Below, one piece after another: positions 1 to 9,608 of a stretch of 64,000 bases of DNA. The notes below the pieces were generated by a model. It was not told where the DNA came from and did not search any database. It was given only the letters and a program-made list of their open reading frames with translations. The stretch's first letter is position 1. Each line of letters starts with the position of its first letter. A program made the translations under genes and the position numbers. Source of the stretch: a virus (Duplodnaviria > Caudoviricetes); the IMG/VR virus record IMGVR_UViG_2721755486_000001, positions 96,001 through 160,000 of that record. One strand, 5' to 3'.

Positions 1-101
1 GCACGGTCCGCGCGCTTGTCGTGCACGCGCTTCAGGAACACGCCGAACGCGACGAACAGCACGAACAGGACAGCGATAACGATTCCGACGGTTGCCAGCA
101 T
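1..101 (-). CDS. Small membrane protein, runs off the left window edge
   Basis: MLATVGIVIAVLFVLFVAFGVFLKRVHDK, GGAGGAG RBS, conserved island promoter at 150-177. Confidence 0.5.
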   Translation of the reverse strand, partial: MLATVGIVIAVLFVLFVAFGVFLKRVHDKRADR

Positions 102-149
102 GGGGTTTTCTCCTCCGATGGGTGGCCCCAGGCTGGGGCCGTCACCCTG

Positions 150-177
150 TACTTAGCGGGTCCAGGCCGCGTGTCAA
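150..177 (-). promoter_or_regulatory. Island promoter family A (TTGAC-16 bp spacer ending GACCCGC-TAxxxx)
   Basis: Minus strand TTGACA cgcggcctggacccgc TAAGTA; same pattern at 1733, 3598, 5736, 7423, 20307, 32527. Confidence 0.6.
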
Positions 178-242
178 CAGGTCGAGCGGGACCAACGAAA
201 AGCGGCCCGGGTGGGCCGCTGCGCGATCGTGCGATGGGTGGT

Positions 243-557
243 TCAGAACGGCATCGTGATCCGAGCCTGCACCCCCATGTGCCCGTGCACGCCCTCGTTC
301 GTGACGTTCCGGGCGGCGAACGGGCCAAAGCCGAACTCGAGTTCGCCGGTGTGCGGAACGATTCGAGCATGATGGACAGGGCCAGCCTGCGGCGCGTTCG
401 ACCGGGCCAGGGCGGCCAGCATCGCGGCCTCGCGTCGCTGGCGCTCCCGGCGTTGCTTCGCGACGGTGAAGACGGTGAGCAGGACGAACAGCGCCGCCGC
501 GACGAAGGGCAGCAGAACGTTGAGAAGGTGGTCGAGGTCGGTCAAGAAGTTGAGCAT
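243..557 (-). CDS. Hypothetical single-pass membrane protein
   Basis: ATG after GGAGGAA RBS; hydrophobic LLNVLLPFVAAALFVLLTVFTVA followed by basic residues. Confidence 0.6.
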   Translation of the reverse strand: MLNFLTDLDHLLNVLLPFVAAALFVLLTVFTVAKQRRERQRREAAMLAALARSNAPQAGPVHHARIVPHTGELEFGFGPFAARNVTNEGVHGHMGVQARITMPF

Positions 558-1038
558 GGGTTCCTCCAGTGCGTGAGCCCGGGGCGGTGCGGCGGTCGGG
601 CAGGTCCGGCAAGGTCGGTGAGGATCCACCGAGCACCACCTCCAGACCTAGCAGCTTGTACGGTCTTGGCAAGTCCCCTTACGGGCAAAACCGGCACCGG
701 AGGCCACGTCAAAAGCGGCCGGAGGCCTGGGCGGGGAGAACCCGCTGCGCGCCATGGGCCTGGGCCATCCTCCGCGGCCCGCACCCCGGGCGTCAGCACC
801 GCCTTTCCCGCCTGAATCATCCGGTTCCCCTCCCGCGTACCCGTCCGACCGTAACCTGTGCCAGGGCACGACTAAACGCTATAGGGTCGGGCCATCCGAT
901 GAAGAAATACGATCGGGGCAACCGACCGACAGGGTCCGGTTTATGACGGATGCGTTTTACACGGACCCCCTATAGCGCTAGGTTGAAGGCATAGGGTACG
1001 CGCGAACGCAAAGCCCATTCCCCCACGGAGACCCCACC

Positions 1039-1488
1039 ATGCCGACCACCCCGCAAGCCCTGCTCGAGATCCTCACCAGCGCCAAACTCGCCTGGGCCCG
1101 GTCGATCGACGAGCGCGACCACGGCTTCGACGACGGGGGCGTGTTCGCCCTGAACGCCACGCGCCTCAGCGTCGAGACCAGCATCACCATCGCCGGCAAG
1201 ACCTACGGCGTAACCTACGAGACGAACGACCACGGCCGCGTGTCCCGCGCACCGGCGGACGAAAGCGGCCTGGCCTGGGTCCTGTTCCAGCTCACCCTCA
1301 TGTTCGGCGAGCGCTTCCAGTTCGAAGGCGACAGCCACCAGGAAGACCAGCTCGAGCACCACTACCTGTGCGGCTCCGGCCGCACCAGCCCGGTGGGCCG
1401 GTTCGCAGCGCAGATCCTCGAACAGCTCGAACGCATCGCCGAACGCGCGGCCCAGGCTTTCGCGCAACCCGTCCTCGAAGCGGCCTGA
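1039..1488 (+). CDS. Hypothetical protein
   Basis: 149 aa ORF, GGAG RBS, upstream TTTACA-17-TAGGTT promoter. Confidence 0.7.
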   Translation: MPTTPQALLEILTSAKLAWARSIDERDHGFDDGGVFALNATRLSVETSITIAGKTYGVTYETNDHGRVSRAPADESGLAWVLFQLTLMFGERFQFEGDSHQEDQLEHHYLCGSGRTSPVGRFAAQILEQLERIAERAAQAFAQPVLEAA

Positions 1489-1492
1489 CCCG

Positions 1493-1660
1493 ATGACCAC
1501 CGCCGCCGAACTCCTCGCCAACGACGTCCTGAAGCAAGGCTTCGCCAGCGTCCTGGCGGGGTACGACGCGTACCGCGCGGAGCAGATCCGCGCAGAGGGC
1601 GAGGCCCTGGCCGCCTTGGTGCAGCACGAGGACGAGCGGCGGTCACGCAAGCGCCTGTAA
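1493..1660 (+). CDS. 55-aa protein ending in the shared Arg-rich tail (not in ORF track)
   Basis: Translated by hand: MTTAAELLANDVLKQGFASVLAGYDAYRAEQIRAEGEALAALVQHEDERRSRKRL*; starts 4 nt after the previous stop. Confidence 0.65.
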   Translation: MTTAAELLANDVLKQGFASVLAGYDAYRAEQIRAEGEALAALVQHEDERRSRKRL

Positions 1661-1732
1661 AACGATCCACCGCTCGGGTTCATCCCGGTCAACACGTGCC
1701 ACGGCACGGCCAATAAAAACGGAATGACGGGC

Positions 1733-1760
1733 TTGACGGGTGTCCAAGACCCGCTAGGTT
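1733..1760 (+). promoter_or_regulatory. Island promoter family A
   Basis: TTGACG ggtgtccaagacccgc TAGGTT; palindrome 37 bp upstream. Confidence 0.65.
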
Positions 1761-1802
1761 GAGGATAGAGCAGCACCACATCCGTAGGCAGAGGAGACCA
1801 GC

Positions 1803-2399
1803 ATGGAAAGCGCGAGCAGCATCTTTATTAAGTGTAGTGTGGCCTTGATTTTTGGCTCCTGCGCTGGCCTCGGCATCGTGGATGTCATGGAGGGTGTGTA
1901 TGGGCATTTTCACAGGGCGGAGCAGAGCCGCAGCGACGCGGTACAGAACGATCACGTTCTCCGGAGGACGCTGATCGCGCACGACAGCGACGGTCACAAG
2001 ACGCTGAACGAGGTTGCCCTTGGGGTGCCGCTGGACGATGCCATGCCGGCCTGCGAAGCCGACCCGGAAAAGGCGACGACCCTTTGCCACACGCCGCTGA
2101 CGCGTACCTACGAGGGGTCCAAGGAGCTGAAGGCGGACGTATATGGCTTCCCGGCGCGCAAGGACGATGACGGAAATCCGACGGTGACGAGCATGACGGT
2201 CACCACGAACCTCAGCTCCACCGTTGTCAAGGACGTTACGGCCAACATCACCCGTGTGTCGGCCTACAAGACTTTCCTGCAGACCAGTCAGGTGCTCGGC
2301 ACTCCGACCCACGTGGACGACAACTACACCAGTTGGAGCCCGGACCAGGGCCCGGTCGTTCTCTTGGACAACACGTTCATCAGCCTCTACCAGGACTGA
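1803..2399 (+). CDS. Exported/membrane-anchored hypothetical protein, paralog of 2409..2936
   Basis: GAGGAG RBS, N-terminal hydrophobic segment; HDSDGHKTLNEVALGVPL..PAC..DP matches next gene. Confidence 0.65.
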   Translation: MESASSIFIKCSVALIFGSCAGLGIVDVMEGVYGHFHRAEQSRSDAVQNDHVLRRTLIAHDSDGHKTLNEVALGVPLDDAMPACEADPEKATTLCHTPLTRTYEGSKELKADVYGFPARKDDDGNPTVTSMTVTTNLSSTVVKDVTANITRVSAYKTFLQTSQVLGTPTHVDDNYTSWSPDQGPVVLLDNTFISLYQD

Positions 2400-2408
2400 C
2401 CCACCACC

Positions 2409-2936
2409 ATGCGCAAGCACATCCTCACCCTCGCGCTGGCCCTAGCCGGCCTGACCGTCGGCACCGCGCACGCGGCGTCACCGCTCCACCTGCTGGCGCG
2501 CGACACGCACGGCCACCTGACGCTCAACGGGGTTCCCCTCGGCGTCCCGGTGGCGTCCTTCGCTCCCGCGTGCCAGGGCGATCCCACGGCGGCCACCCCC
2601 CCGTGCGTGCTGACGACTCCGGAGATCGACGGGTACGGCTTCGCACAGGTCTTCGGGCTCCCCGCGGTGAAGGACGGCGCGGGCCGGCCGGTGTTCAGCG
2701 GGGCCAACGTGACCACGCATAACGGCGTGGTCGACGGCGTGCACCTCGTGTTCGCCGACGATCGGTACGTCACGCTCTTCCGCACCGCCACCAACGAGAC
2801 CGTGGGCCTGGCGGACTTCACGGACCGCAACGGCGTGATGGAGTGGCACGGTGTGCTCAAGGACGCGTACATCGTCCTCGTCCCGGAGGGAGAGGGCGCG
2901 GCGTTCGGCGTGGTGCAGGAAGACCCGACGCCCTGA
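2409..2936 (+). CDS. Secreted hypothetical protein
   Basis: Sec signal MRKHILTLALALAGLTVGTAHA; RDTHGHLTLNGVPLGVPV..PAC..DP. Confidence 0.75.
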   Translation: MRKHILTLALALAGLTVGTAHAASPLHLLARDTHGHLTLNGVPLGVPVASFAPACQGDPTAATPPCVLTTPEIDGYGFAQVFGLPAVKDGAGRPVFSGANVTTHNGVVDGVHLVFADDRYVTLFRTATNETVGLADFTDRNGVMEWHGVLKDAYIVLVPEGEGAAFGVVQEDPTP

Positions 2937-2963
2937 ACGGCACCCAACCACCAGGAGGAGCCC

Positions 2964-3284
2964 ATGGTGTTCGACCCGTTGCAGTTGTTTTTCGGTGGCG
3001 CGTGCGTGCTGACGCTCGTCACCCTCATTTGCCCCGTCTGCATGGTCGTGCTGGCGTCGGCGATCCTCTCGTACATGGTCGGCGCCGGCGTGGGCCTGAG
3101 CCTCGCGGTCGGACCCGGCATCGTCGTTCGCGCGCTGACCAGCGATCACACCCTGGGCTGGCCGGACAACTCGGGGCCCATCTGGTGCGTCGGGGTCCCC
3201 TTGGGCCTGGTGGTGTTCGTCACCCTCATGGCCCTGCTGTTCGGCGAGAAGGACGACACCCAGGCATCGCGTGCACACGCCTGA
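2964..3284 (+). CDS. Small membrane protein
   Basis: AGGAGGAG RBS; about three hydrophobic segments. Confidence 0.6.
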   Translation: MVFDPLQLFFGGACVLTLVTLICPVCMVVLASAILSYMVGAGVGLSLAVGPGIVVRALTSDHTLGWPDNSGPIWCVGVPLGLVVFVTLMALLFGEKDDTQASRAHA

Positions 3285-3318
3285 CCGGGTCCCGGCCTCA
3301 CGTGCGGGGCACCACCTG

Positions 3319-3543
3319 ATGCCGGCGCTGCTGGTCCTGCTGCTCGTCATGGCGGCACCCGCCCAGGCGAAGCAGGCCCAGGCCACCCTCAACGTATCCG
3401 TGACGGTGCTCAGCTCGTGCGCCGTGTCCACGGACCAGCGGGTGGCCACCACCTGTACGGGCAGCAGCACCCCGCCCACCGTCGAGCAACGGGAGCAGGG
3501 CACCAGCCCGGGGAAGGTTCGGCTCACCGTCGTCACGTTCTGA
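3319..3543 (+). CDS. Small secreted protein resembling the N-terminus of spore coat U/Csu-type pilins
   Basis: Signal peptide then QATLNVSVTVLSSCAVS...C; start could be 3271. Confidence 0.5.
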   Translation: MPALLVLLLVMAAPAQAKQAQATLNVSVTVLSSCAVSTDQRVATTCTGSSTPPTVEQREQGTSPGKVRLTVVTF

Positions 3544-3597
3544 AGGGCCGTGCCTTGGCACGGCCCGACCGTTCGTCGTAAAGAGCACCAGGCGCAC

Positions 3598-3625
3598 TTG
3601 ACGGCGCTATACGACCCGCTAGGTT
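3598..3625 (+). promoter_or_regulatory. Island promoter family A
   Basis: TTGACG gcgctatacgacccgc TAGGTT; palindrome at 3550. Confidence 0.65.
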
Positions 3626-3678
3626 CAACCATGAGGCAGCGCGGAGGAGCGGTGCCACCAACCCAACGAGGTACCGCC

Positions 3679-4011
3679 ATGTTCCTTTTCGATCCGTTCG
3701 CACCCGTCGGCAGCGATTTCTTGGTCTTTTGTCAGATGGTCGTGTGCTTTTTTGAGATTGTCCTGTTCTCCATGGTGATTCTGGCGACAACCGTGATAGG
3801 GGTGGGGATCTTCGCGTTAATCCTCGACGCGCTCGCCGGTGGCAATGCCGACACGAAAGACACGCCGCAGAAACGGGCTGACGGCGGCCCCGCCGCATCC
3901 ATCGCTTCCTCGACCGACGCCGCTCAGACCGGCTTGCAGTCCATCGCGCTCGATGCAGCGGTCCACCAGTTGACCGACGCGGTGACCCATTCGCAGGGCA
4001 CCCTGTTCTGA
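3679..4011 (+). CDS. Hypothetical membrane protein
   Basis: GAGGT RBS before MFLFDPFAP; long hydrophobic stretch. Confidence 0.6.
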   Translation: MFLFDPFAPVGSDFLVFCQMVVCFFEIVLFSMVILATTVIGVGIFALILDALAGGNADTKDTPQKRADGGPAASIASSTDAAQTGLQSIALDAAVHQLTDAVTHSQGTLF

Positions 4012-4066
4012 ACCGGCGCACGGCGCGAACCCGCGTCACCGTCCACCCACCACCCGGAGGCATGCC

Positions 4067-4333
4067 ATGTCCCTGATCGCTTTGTCCCACCTCATCCAGC
4101 TCGCTGTGCTCACGGGCGCCGAATCCCTTTACGTCGTGTTCGCCGCGGTGCTCGCCGGCACGGTCGGTCTGTTTGACGGCGCGGCCACGGGCCTTGCGGT
4201 CTTGCACGCGCACCTGAACGTGCTCGGCACGATCGCCCGGCACCCCTGGGTCGTGGGCCGCGTGGCGTGGGTGGTGGCGGTGCTCGTCGCGCTGGGCGGG
4301 GCCTGGCTGCACCAGAAGCGCACCGCGCACTGA
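4067..4333 (+). CDS. Small membrane protein
   Basis: GGAGG RBS, hydrophobic 88 aa. Confidence 0.6.
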   Translation: MSLIALSHLIQLAVLTGAESLYVVFAAVLAGTVGLFDGAATGLAVLHAHLNVLGTIARHPWVVGRVAWVVAVLVALGGAWLHQKRTAH

Positions 4334-4337
4334 TGCC

Positions 4338-4649
4338 GTGCTCGACCTGCTGAAACGCGTGCTGGGTGCCGCCCGCCTGGGGAAAACGGCCCCCGAGCCT
4401 GCCCAGACCAGGGTCCGTCTGTTTCCCAAGCGGTACGACCCGATCGGGACCGACGAGGACGGGTACCCGATCTATTCCCGCGAGGACATGGAGGAACTGT
4501 TCGGGGGCATCCTGGCGGAGCGGCTTGAAGCGGTACGGCTCGAAGCCGAGGAGCGGGCCCGGCGCCTGGCGCAGGAGCGCGCGGAGCTGGCCGCCGTCGT
4601 CGACACCGTGACGACCGAACTGCCGGCCGCGCGACGGCGGCGCCTTTAA
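4338..4649 (+). CDS. Hypothetical protein with shared Arg-rich tail
   Basis: Ends QERAELAAVVDTVTTELPAARRRRL*. Confidence 0.65.
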   Translation: MLDLLKRVLGAARLGKTAPEPAQTRVRLFPKRYDPIGTDEDGYPIYSREDMEELFGGILAERLEAVRLEAEERARRLAQERAELAAVVDTVTTELPAARRRRL

Positions 4650-4674
4650 AGCGATTCACCGCACGAGGACCATC

Positions 4675-5493
4675 ATGGCCAACACCTTGGAACCCCACGA
4701 GCTTGAACGCCGACGTGCGATGGTCGAACACATCCACCCGCGATTCCGCCTCGCCAACCAGCTCCACAAAGCGGCACGGACCGGCGACGTCGAACGGGTC
4801 CGCGCGCTGCTGGCCAGCGGGGTCCCGGTCGATGCGGAGAACGCCGTCGGGCTCCCGCCGATATGGTCGGCCGTCCTAGCCTGGTCCGAGGGGCATAGCG
4901 ACAACGACGGGACCGTGCGCGTCCTCGCGGAAGCGGGGGCCGCACTGGACGTGGAATCCTCGCTGGGCTCTGACAACGTCTGCTACGGAGACCTGTTAGC
5001 GTTGGCGCTGTACGAGGCGGGCCCGCACGCGCTGGCCATTCACCGAACGCTCCTCGACGTGGGCTTCCCGGTGGACCGAAGGAACCATGTTAACGAAACG
5101 CCGTTGGACCGCGTGCTGCTCCGGCACCAGGCGTTCGTGGACACCGCCGATGTGACCCGGGGTGTGACTCGGCTGCTGCTGGACCGCGGCGCTGGGGCGA
5201 ACCAGGACCAGCAGCAATGGGCCAGCCAGCTCGCCTGGGCGGTGTGGAGCGAAGACCTCGAGGTGGTGCGGTGGCTGCTCGACGCCGGCGCGGATCCGCG
5301 GCATCCGGACGAGGACGGGCGCAGGGTGGTCGACCATGACCGGCTGTGGGGACCCAGGTACGTGCCGGTGTTGGACCTGGTATGGGAACGGCTGCATGCG
5401 CTCGACGCCCGGGACAGGGCCATGCTGCGCGCGGTTGCGGACGCTGAGCAGGCGGGACGGGAGGTGCCGACCTTCAGGCGCCGGAGGCTGTAA
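4675..5493 (+). CDS. Ankyrin-repeat protein with shared Arg-rich tail
   Basis: LHKAARTGDVERVRALLASG, NETPLD, VVRWLLDAGADP; ends FRRRRL*. Confidence 0.8.
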   Translation: MANTLEPHELERRRAMVEHIHPRFRLANQLHKAARTGDVERVRALLASGVPVDAENAVGLPPIWSAVLAWSEGHSDNDGTVRVLAEAGAALDVESSLGSDNVCYGDLLALALYEAGPHALAIHRTLLDVGFPVDRRNHVNETPLDRVLLRHQAFVDTADVTRGVTRLLLDRGAGANQDQQQWASQLAWAVWSEDLEVVRWLLDAGADPRHPDEDGRRVVDHDRLWGPRYVPVLDLVWERLHALDARDRAMLRAVADAEQAGREVPTFRRRRL

Positions 5494-5735
5494 AGCTGGG
5501 GCGGGTGCCTGGCGGGAACGTCAAAAGCCCCCGGGTCGCATCCGCTCCCAGGGCACAAAACCCGGTGCTGACGCCGAAGGCCCTGGCGGGTAGCAAGGTT
5601 CCCCGCGGCCTGGGCCGAAGGCACCCAACACCGGAGGCGCTTGCGCCGGGTGGGGTGTCATGGGGTTGGCCGGACCCCACCAAGCCCGTGCCCTGGCACG
5701 GATCCCGTATCACCTCACCGTTCCACCGCCACGAC

Positions 5736-5763
5736 TTGACGGCAGGCCAGGACCCGCTAAATC
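5736..5763 (+). promoter_or_regulatory. Island promoter family A
   Basis: TTGACG gcaggccaggacccgc TAAATC; palindrome at 5688. Confidence 0.55.
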
Positions 5764-5804
5764 AGAACGAACGACAACACCGCAGCACTCGAGGAGAGCC
5801 AACC

Positions 5805-7400
5805 ATGAGCGTCATCGCACAACGCCTTCGCACGTCCACGTATTTCCTGAACGAACTGCCCGGCAGCGACAAAAGGATCGACATGATCCGGTTCGCGCGG
5901 AACGAGCGAACGGAGGCCGATGATTACCACGCCGGTGACGTCTACGTTGCATCGGACCGCCTGGACCCGCCATGCCCGTCGTGCGGTGCCACCATGGCAT
6001 ACCAGGAGGAGGACGTGTGGACCTGCGCCGCGTGCGCGGCGGCCCACGGTGAAGCGGTCCTGGCCGGGTCGGCGACGCTCCCGTTCCGCGGAACGGTGAA
6101 GCTGACCTTCGCCGAACGCGACCGGCTGTTCACGGTCATGGAAGAGCGGCTCAACCGCGAGGTGACACTGGCCGAGGCCAACGCGATGTGGGGCGACTGG
6201 AACGCGCGCCTGCAGGCCTTCGTCCCACCGGCTGCGCCCTTCCAGCGCAAACCGTTCGCGGTGGACCTCCCACCCGAGGCCCGGGCCCAGGTGGACCGCA
6301 TGGTGGAGGTGATCGACACCATGTACCCCAAGGGCGATGACCTCGCGGACTTCCTGGCCAACGCCTCGCCGTTGGTCCAGCAGGGGCATGATGCGATGTT
6401 CGACGCGCTGATCCGGGCCGCTGCGGCCCGGGACGGCATCAGCTCCGGCACGTACGTCACGTTCGGCATCGACGGGACCACCCGGGACGCCACGCCCCTC
6501 TGGTGGAAGCTCTTCAGGCAGGTGGCCGGGGGCGATCCGCGCCAGGCGTTCCGACAACCCAGCCGTCCCGAGACCGTGCGCTTTTACGAACTGGCGAAAC
6601 CGCTGGACGTGGCCCATGCCTGGCGCGTGCTGGACATCCTCGCCCACCACCTCCCCGGGTGCGTCACGGTCAACTCGATCCTGGCGCTTCCCAACGGCAA
6701 GCGGGGGTGGGAGAAGCAGGGCGAGGCCGCGCACCACGCCGTCTCAATGGCCTGGGCGGAGCACCGTTTCGTCCAGCAGCTCCACGCCGTCCAGGCCTAC
6801 CGTGCGCGGCACCCCCGTCGCCCGTGGCGCACGCACGAGGCGTTCAACCGGTTGTTCAACAGGACCTGGCGCTCCCAGCTCCACGTCCAACGGTTGATCG
6901 AGGCCGGCGCGAATCCAGCACAAACGCGGATCTGCACCAGCCTGCTGGGCTCGGGGCCTCTGCTGACCACCATCATCGAAAAGCCGCACCTCAGCGACAA
7001 GAAGACCGCGAAACTGGTGGCGTACCTTCTGGCTCACGGCGCGGACGTGAACGAAACGGCTTCCGGCGGCGAAACTGCGCTGACGAACGCTGCAAGCGCG
7101 GGATACCTGGCCACCGCCAACGTGCTGATTGCGGCGGGCGCCGACGTGCACCACCAGGACGACACCGCGTGGAGCGCCGGGCACTGGGCAGTCGTGCACG
7201 CTCACTTCGAACTGTTCGAACGGCTGGTTGCGGCCGGGCTCGACTCCATGCGGGTGATCGGCGACTACGCCCAGGGCCTCTATGGTCTGGAAACACCGAC
7301 CATCGAAGCGTACTACCGGGACTACGAAGCCAGGATCCTTCGAGAAGCGGCGGACGAGGCCCCGGCCGCACCGGTGCGCAGCGCACGGCGTCGCCTCTGA
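5805..7400 (+). CDS. Zn-ribbon plus C-terminal ankyrin-repeat protein with shared Arg-rich tail
   Basis: GAGGAG RBS; CPSC..CAAC; LLAHGADVN, GETALTNAA, LIAAGADVH; ends VRSARRRL*. Confidence 0.8.
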   Translation: MSVIAQRLRTSTYFLNELPGSDKRIDMIRFARNERTEADDYHAGDVYVASDRLDPPCPSCGATMAYQEEDVWTCAACAAAHGEAVLAGSATLPFRGTVKLTFAERDRLFTVMEERLNREVTLAEANAMWGDWNARLQAFVPPAAPFQRKPFAVDLPPEARAQVDRMVEVIDTMYPKGDDLADFLANASPLVQQGHDAMFDALIRAAAARDGISSGTYVTFGIDGTTRDATPLWWKLFRQVAGGDPRQAFRQPSRPETVRFYELAKPLDVAHAWRVLDILAHHLPGCVTVNSILALPNGKRGWEKQGEAAHHAVSMAWAEHRFVQQLHAVQAYRARHPRRPWRTHEAFNRLFNRTWRSQLHVQRLIEAGANPAQTRICTSLLGSGPLLTTIIEKPHLSDKKTAKLVAYLLAHGADVNETASGGETALTNAASAGYLATANVLIAAGADVHHQDDTAWSAGHWAVVHAHFELFERLVAAGLDSMRVIGDYAQGLYGLETPTIEAYYRDYEARILREAADEAPAAPVRSARRRL

Positions 7401-7422
7401 ACCGACGGGTCCGGCTCCCGTG

Positions 7423-7450
7423 TTGACCTGCGCCCAGTACCCGCTACGTT
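7423..7450 (+). promoter_or_regulatory. Island promoter family A
   Basis: TTGACC tgcgcccagtacccgc TACGTT. Confidence 0.6.
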
Positions 7451-7499
7451 GAACCCATGCCGCGTCGGCGATCGGCGCTCACCACCAGGAGGATCTTTC

Positions 7500-7703
7500 A
7501 TGCGCTTCAAACCCCATTGCCCGTCCTGCACGGGTCCCGTCGTGTACACCCGCCGGCCCGAGTGCTGGTCCTGCGCCACCTGCGAGGTCGCGTACGGTGA
7601 GGCGGTCCAGGCGGACCGTGATCCTCCCGCGTACACCGGCACCTTCGGCCGCGCCGAATACGAGCGGCAGCGGGCCCAGGCCACGGCACAGCACAAGGCC
7701 TGA
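7500..7703 (+). CDS. Small Zn-ribbon protein
   Basis: AGGAGG RBS; CPSC..WSCATC..YGEAV resembles the Zn ribbon of 5805..7400. Confidence 0.65.
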   Translation: MRFKPHCPSCTGPVVYTRRPECWSCATCEVAYGEAVQADRDPPAYTGTFGRAEYERQRAQATAQHKA

Positions 7704-7889
7704 CCAGGCCCGACACCATCCCGGCTGGGGCACGTCCGTGCCCTGGCACATCTCCAAGGCCCCACCCGAGGGGCCTTTCCTCATCTGAACCGTCCAGCGT
7801 CGCGTTGCTCCGATGCGCACGGGCAACAGCGCCCGTGTCGTGGTGCTGATGCTGTGGGAATCGTCGTGACCGTGCCGCCTGGCCCCGTC

Positions 7890-8109
7890 GTTCACCCCGT
7901 TGCGTGTTCCCCGGTCCGCCTCTTCTTCGACGCGTAGCTCCGCCCGTACACCGCGCAAGGGTTCGCTTCGCCAGGTCCTCACCCGGTCCCTCCCTCTGAT
8001 CGGGCATGCGGCCTCCGGTCCTGCCCCTGCACGTTGCCCTGGGCCTCGCTGACCCCGCGTCGAGGCGGCTCCAGCGAACACGGCAACAACGACGAGGAAG
8101 GGCAGAACC
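7890..8109 (+). repeat. Structured leader repeat (Frpo/ssi-like), copy 1 of 4
   Basis: Shares CCCGGTCCGCCT..CGACG..TAG..GCAAGG..GTCCTCACCCGGTCC..TGCGGC.TCCGG blocks with 39955, 41995, 43815. Confidence 0.55.
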
Positions 8110-8298
8110 ATGAGCACGATCACCACCCGCACCACCAGCACCCCGAACAACAACGTCGCGGCGTTCCCCCGCACCCCCGAGGCTCACCAGCGAACAGCAG
8201 GGGAAGGCGACACCAAGGAGGTGGTGCTCAACGGCGCGCGAATCCTCATGCGCTTCACCGACGGGCAGTGGTGGAACGTCCGCGTGAGCAACGCCTGA
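8110..8298 (+). CDS. Small hypothetical protein
   Basis: 62 aa ORF directly after the leader repeat. Confidence 0.55.
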   Translation: MSTITTRTTSTPNNNVAAFPRTPEAHQRTAGEGDTKEVVLNGARILMRFTDGQWWNVRVSNA

Positions 8299-8366
8299 CC
8301 CACAACCCGAACCGCAGGGCCCTGGGGCTAGGGCCTGCATCACAACCGAAACACAGGAGATCAACG

Positions 8367-8597
8367 ATGGCTTACTTTCTTCGCACGGGCGACGACTACC
8401 TCGACCAGGCCGTGAAATACAGCTCCAAGGCCGGCGCGGTCGCGGCGTTCCGCGAAACGTCCGACGAGCTGGACCGCTACGGCCAGTCGATCACGGCCTC
8501 CCTCCACATCGCGGACACCCTGGACGAGGTGGTGGAGTACCCGGACTTCGTTCTGGAGCGTGGCCCCCGCGGTGGCATCAAGGGCGAACGCGCGTAA
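8367..8597 (+). CDS. Small hypothetical protein
   Basis: AGGAG RBS before MAYFLRTG; ends LERGPRGGIKGERA. Confidence 0.7.
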   Translation: MAYFLRTGDDYLDQAVKYSSKAGAVAAFRETSDELDRYGQSITASLHIADTLDEVVEYPDFVLERGPRGGIKGERA

Positions 8598-8763
8598 CGA
8601 TCCTAGGGACCATCTGATCAGATGCCGTGGTCTCAAGCCAGCCTCGGGGGCGTCGTCCAACCCGCGCGGGCGGCCTGGCGGAATGCTCTCGAGCTACTTT
8701 TCCAAGGCATTCTTCGGCTAACATTAACCTTTCGTTTAACCACAAAAATCAAGCGAGGACCAG

Positions 8764-9498
8764 ATGGAGCATTTTCGAAAACCGTTCTTTCAAAGTCAGG
8801 ACACGTGGCTTGAAACTCAATACACAGAGGGTGTCCTTGCACTTCAGAGCGGTGACTTCCAAACTGCCAACGAAAGGTTCGGTACGGCTGCTGCGGGCGG
8901 CCACGTGTCTGCGATGTACAACATGTCGATGTTGAACGGTGCAGGGTGCATGAGCCCTTACAACCTAGATCTCGCGATCGACTGCTATTACAAAGCCGCG
9001 CAAGGTGGCCATCCTACGGCAAAGGAAAGTCTGTGGCTTCTCGAGGCCGCTGACCGAGGTGGATTCGGTACGCAGAACTTGGCGAAGTATGCTGAGGCGT
9101 GGCGAAACGACGGGGTTCCTTTGCATCCGATGACTATGATGTGTGCTGCACGCTTGTATGACGTGTTATGTACAAAGTATGGCGCCGCTCGCGACGTGAT
9201 CGCGTACGAACTTGACGCTGCAAGTACCAGCGACAACCCGGCGGTGCTTGCTTTCGTCGACCGGACCGGAATCGCATCTTCCTTCTTTGAGAATGGGATG
9301 AATCGGCTGATCGCTGGTTCCGCTGCGGACCAGATTACCGATGGGCTGAATCAGCTCTGGTTTGGAATGAGAAAATCCGGGTTGACCGAAGAAATAGCGC
9401 TTATGGGGCGTTGCACGATCGTTGGCCACCTTGTCAGCAAATCGCCGTACGGCTCGACCGCGAGACCACTACTCGGTGTACACGACTTTTTCGCATAA
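8764..9498 (+). CDS. Sel1-repeat protein
   Basis: AAAGGHVSAMYNMS, YYKAAQGGHPTA SLR motifs; lower GC than flanks. Confidence 0.75.
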   Translation: MEHFRKPFFQSQDTWLETQYTEGVLALQSGDFQTANERFGTAAAGGHVSAMYNMSMLNGAGCMSPYNLDLAIDCYYKAAQGGHPTAKESLWLLEAADRGGFGTQNLAKYAEAWRNDGVPLHPMTMMCAARLYDVLCTKYGAARDVIAYELDAASTSDNPAVLAFVDRTGIASSFFENGMNRLIAGSAADQITDGLNQLWFGMRKSGLTEEIALMGRCTIVGHLVSKSPYGSTARPLLGVHDFFA

Positions 9499-9608
9499 CC
9501 CAGCGACGACCAACGGTGATGCTTCGGGGACCATTGTGGGCGTGGTGCATCACCTTCCCCGTGGTTCAGCTTTGGGGTGCCGAGGGACACGCTGGGTCTC
9601 ACCAGCGT

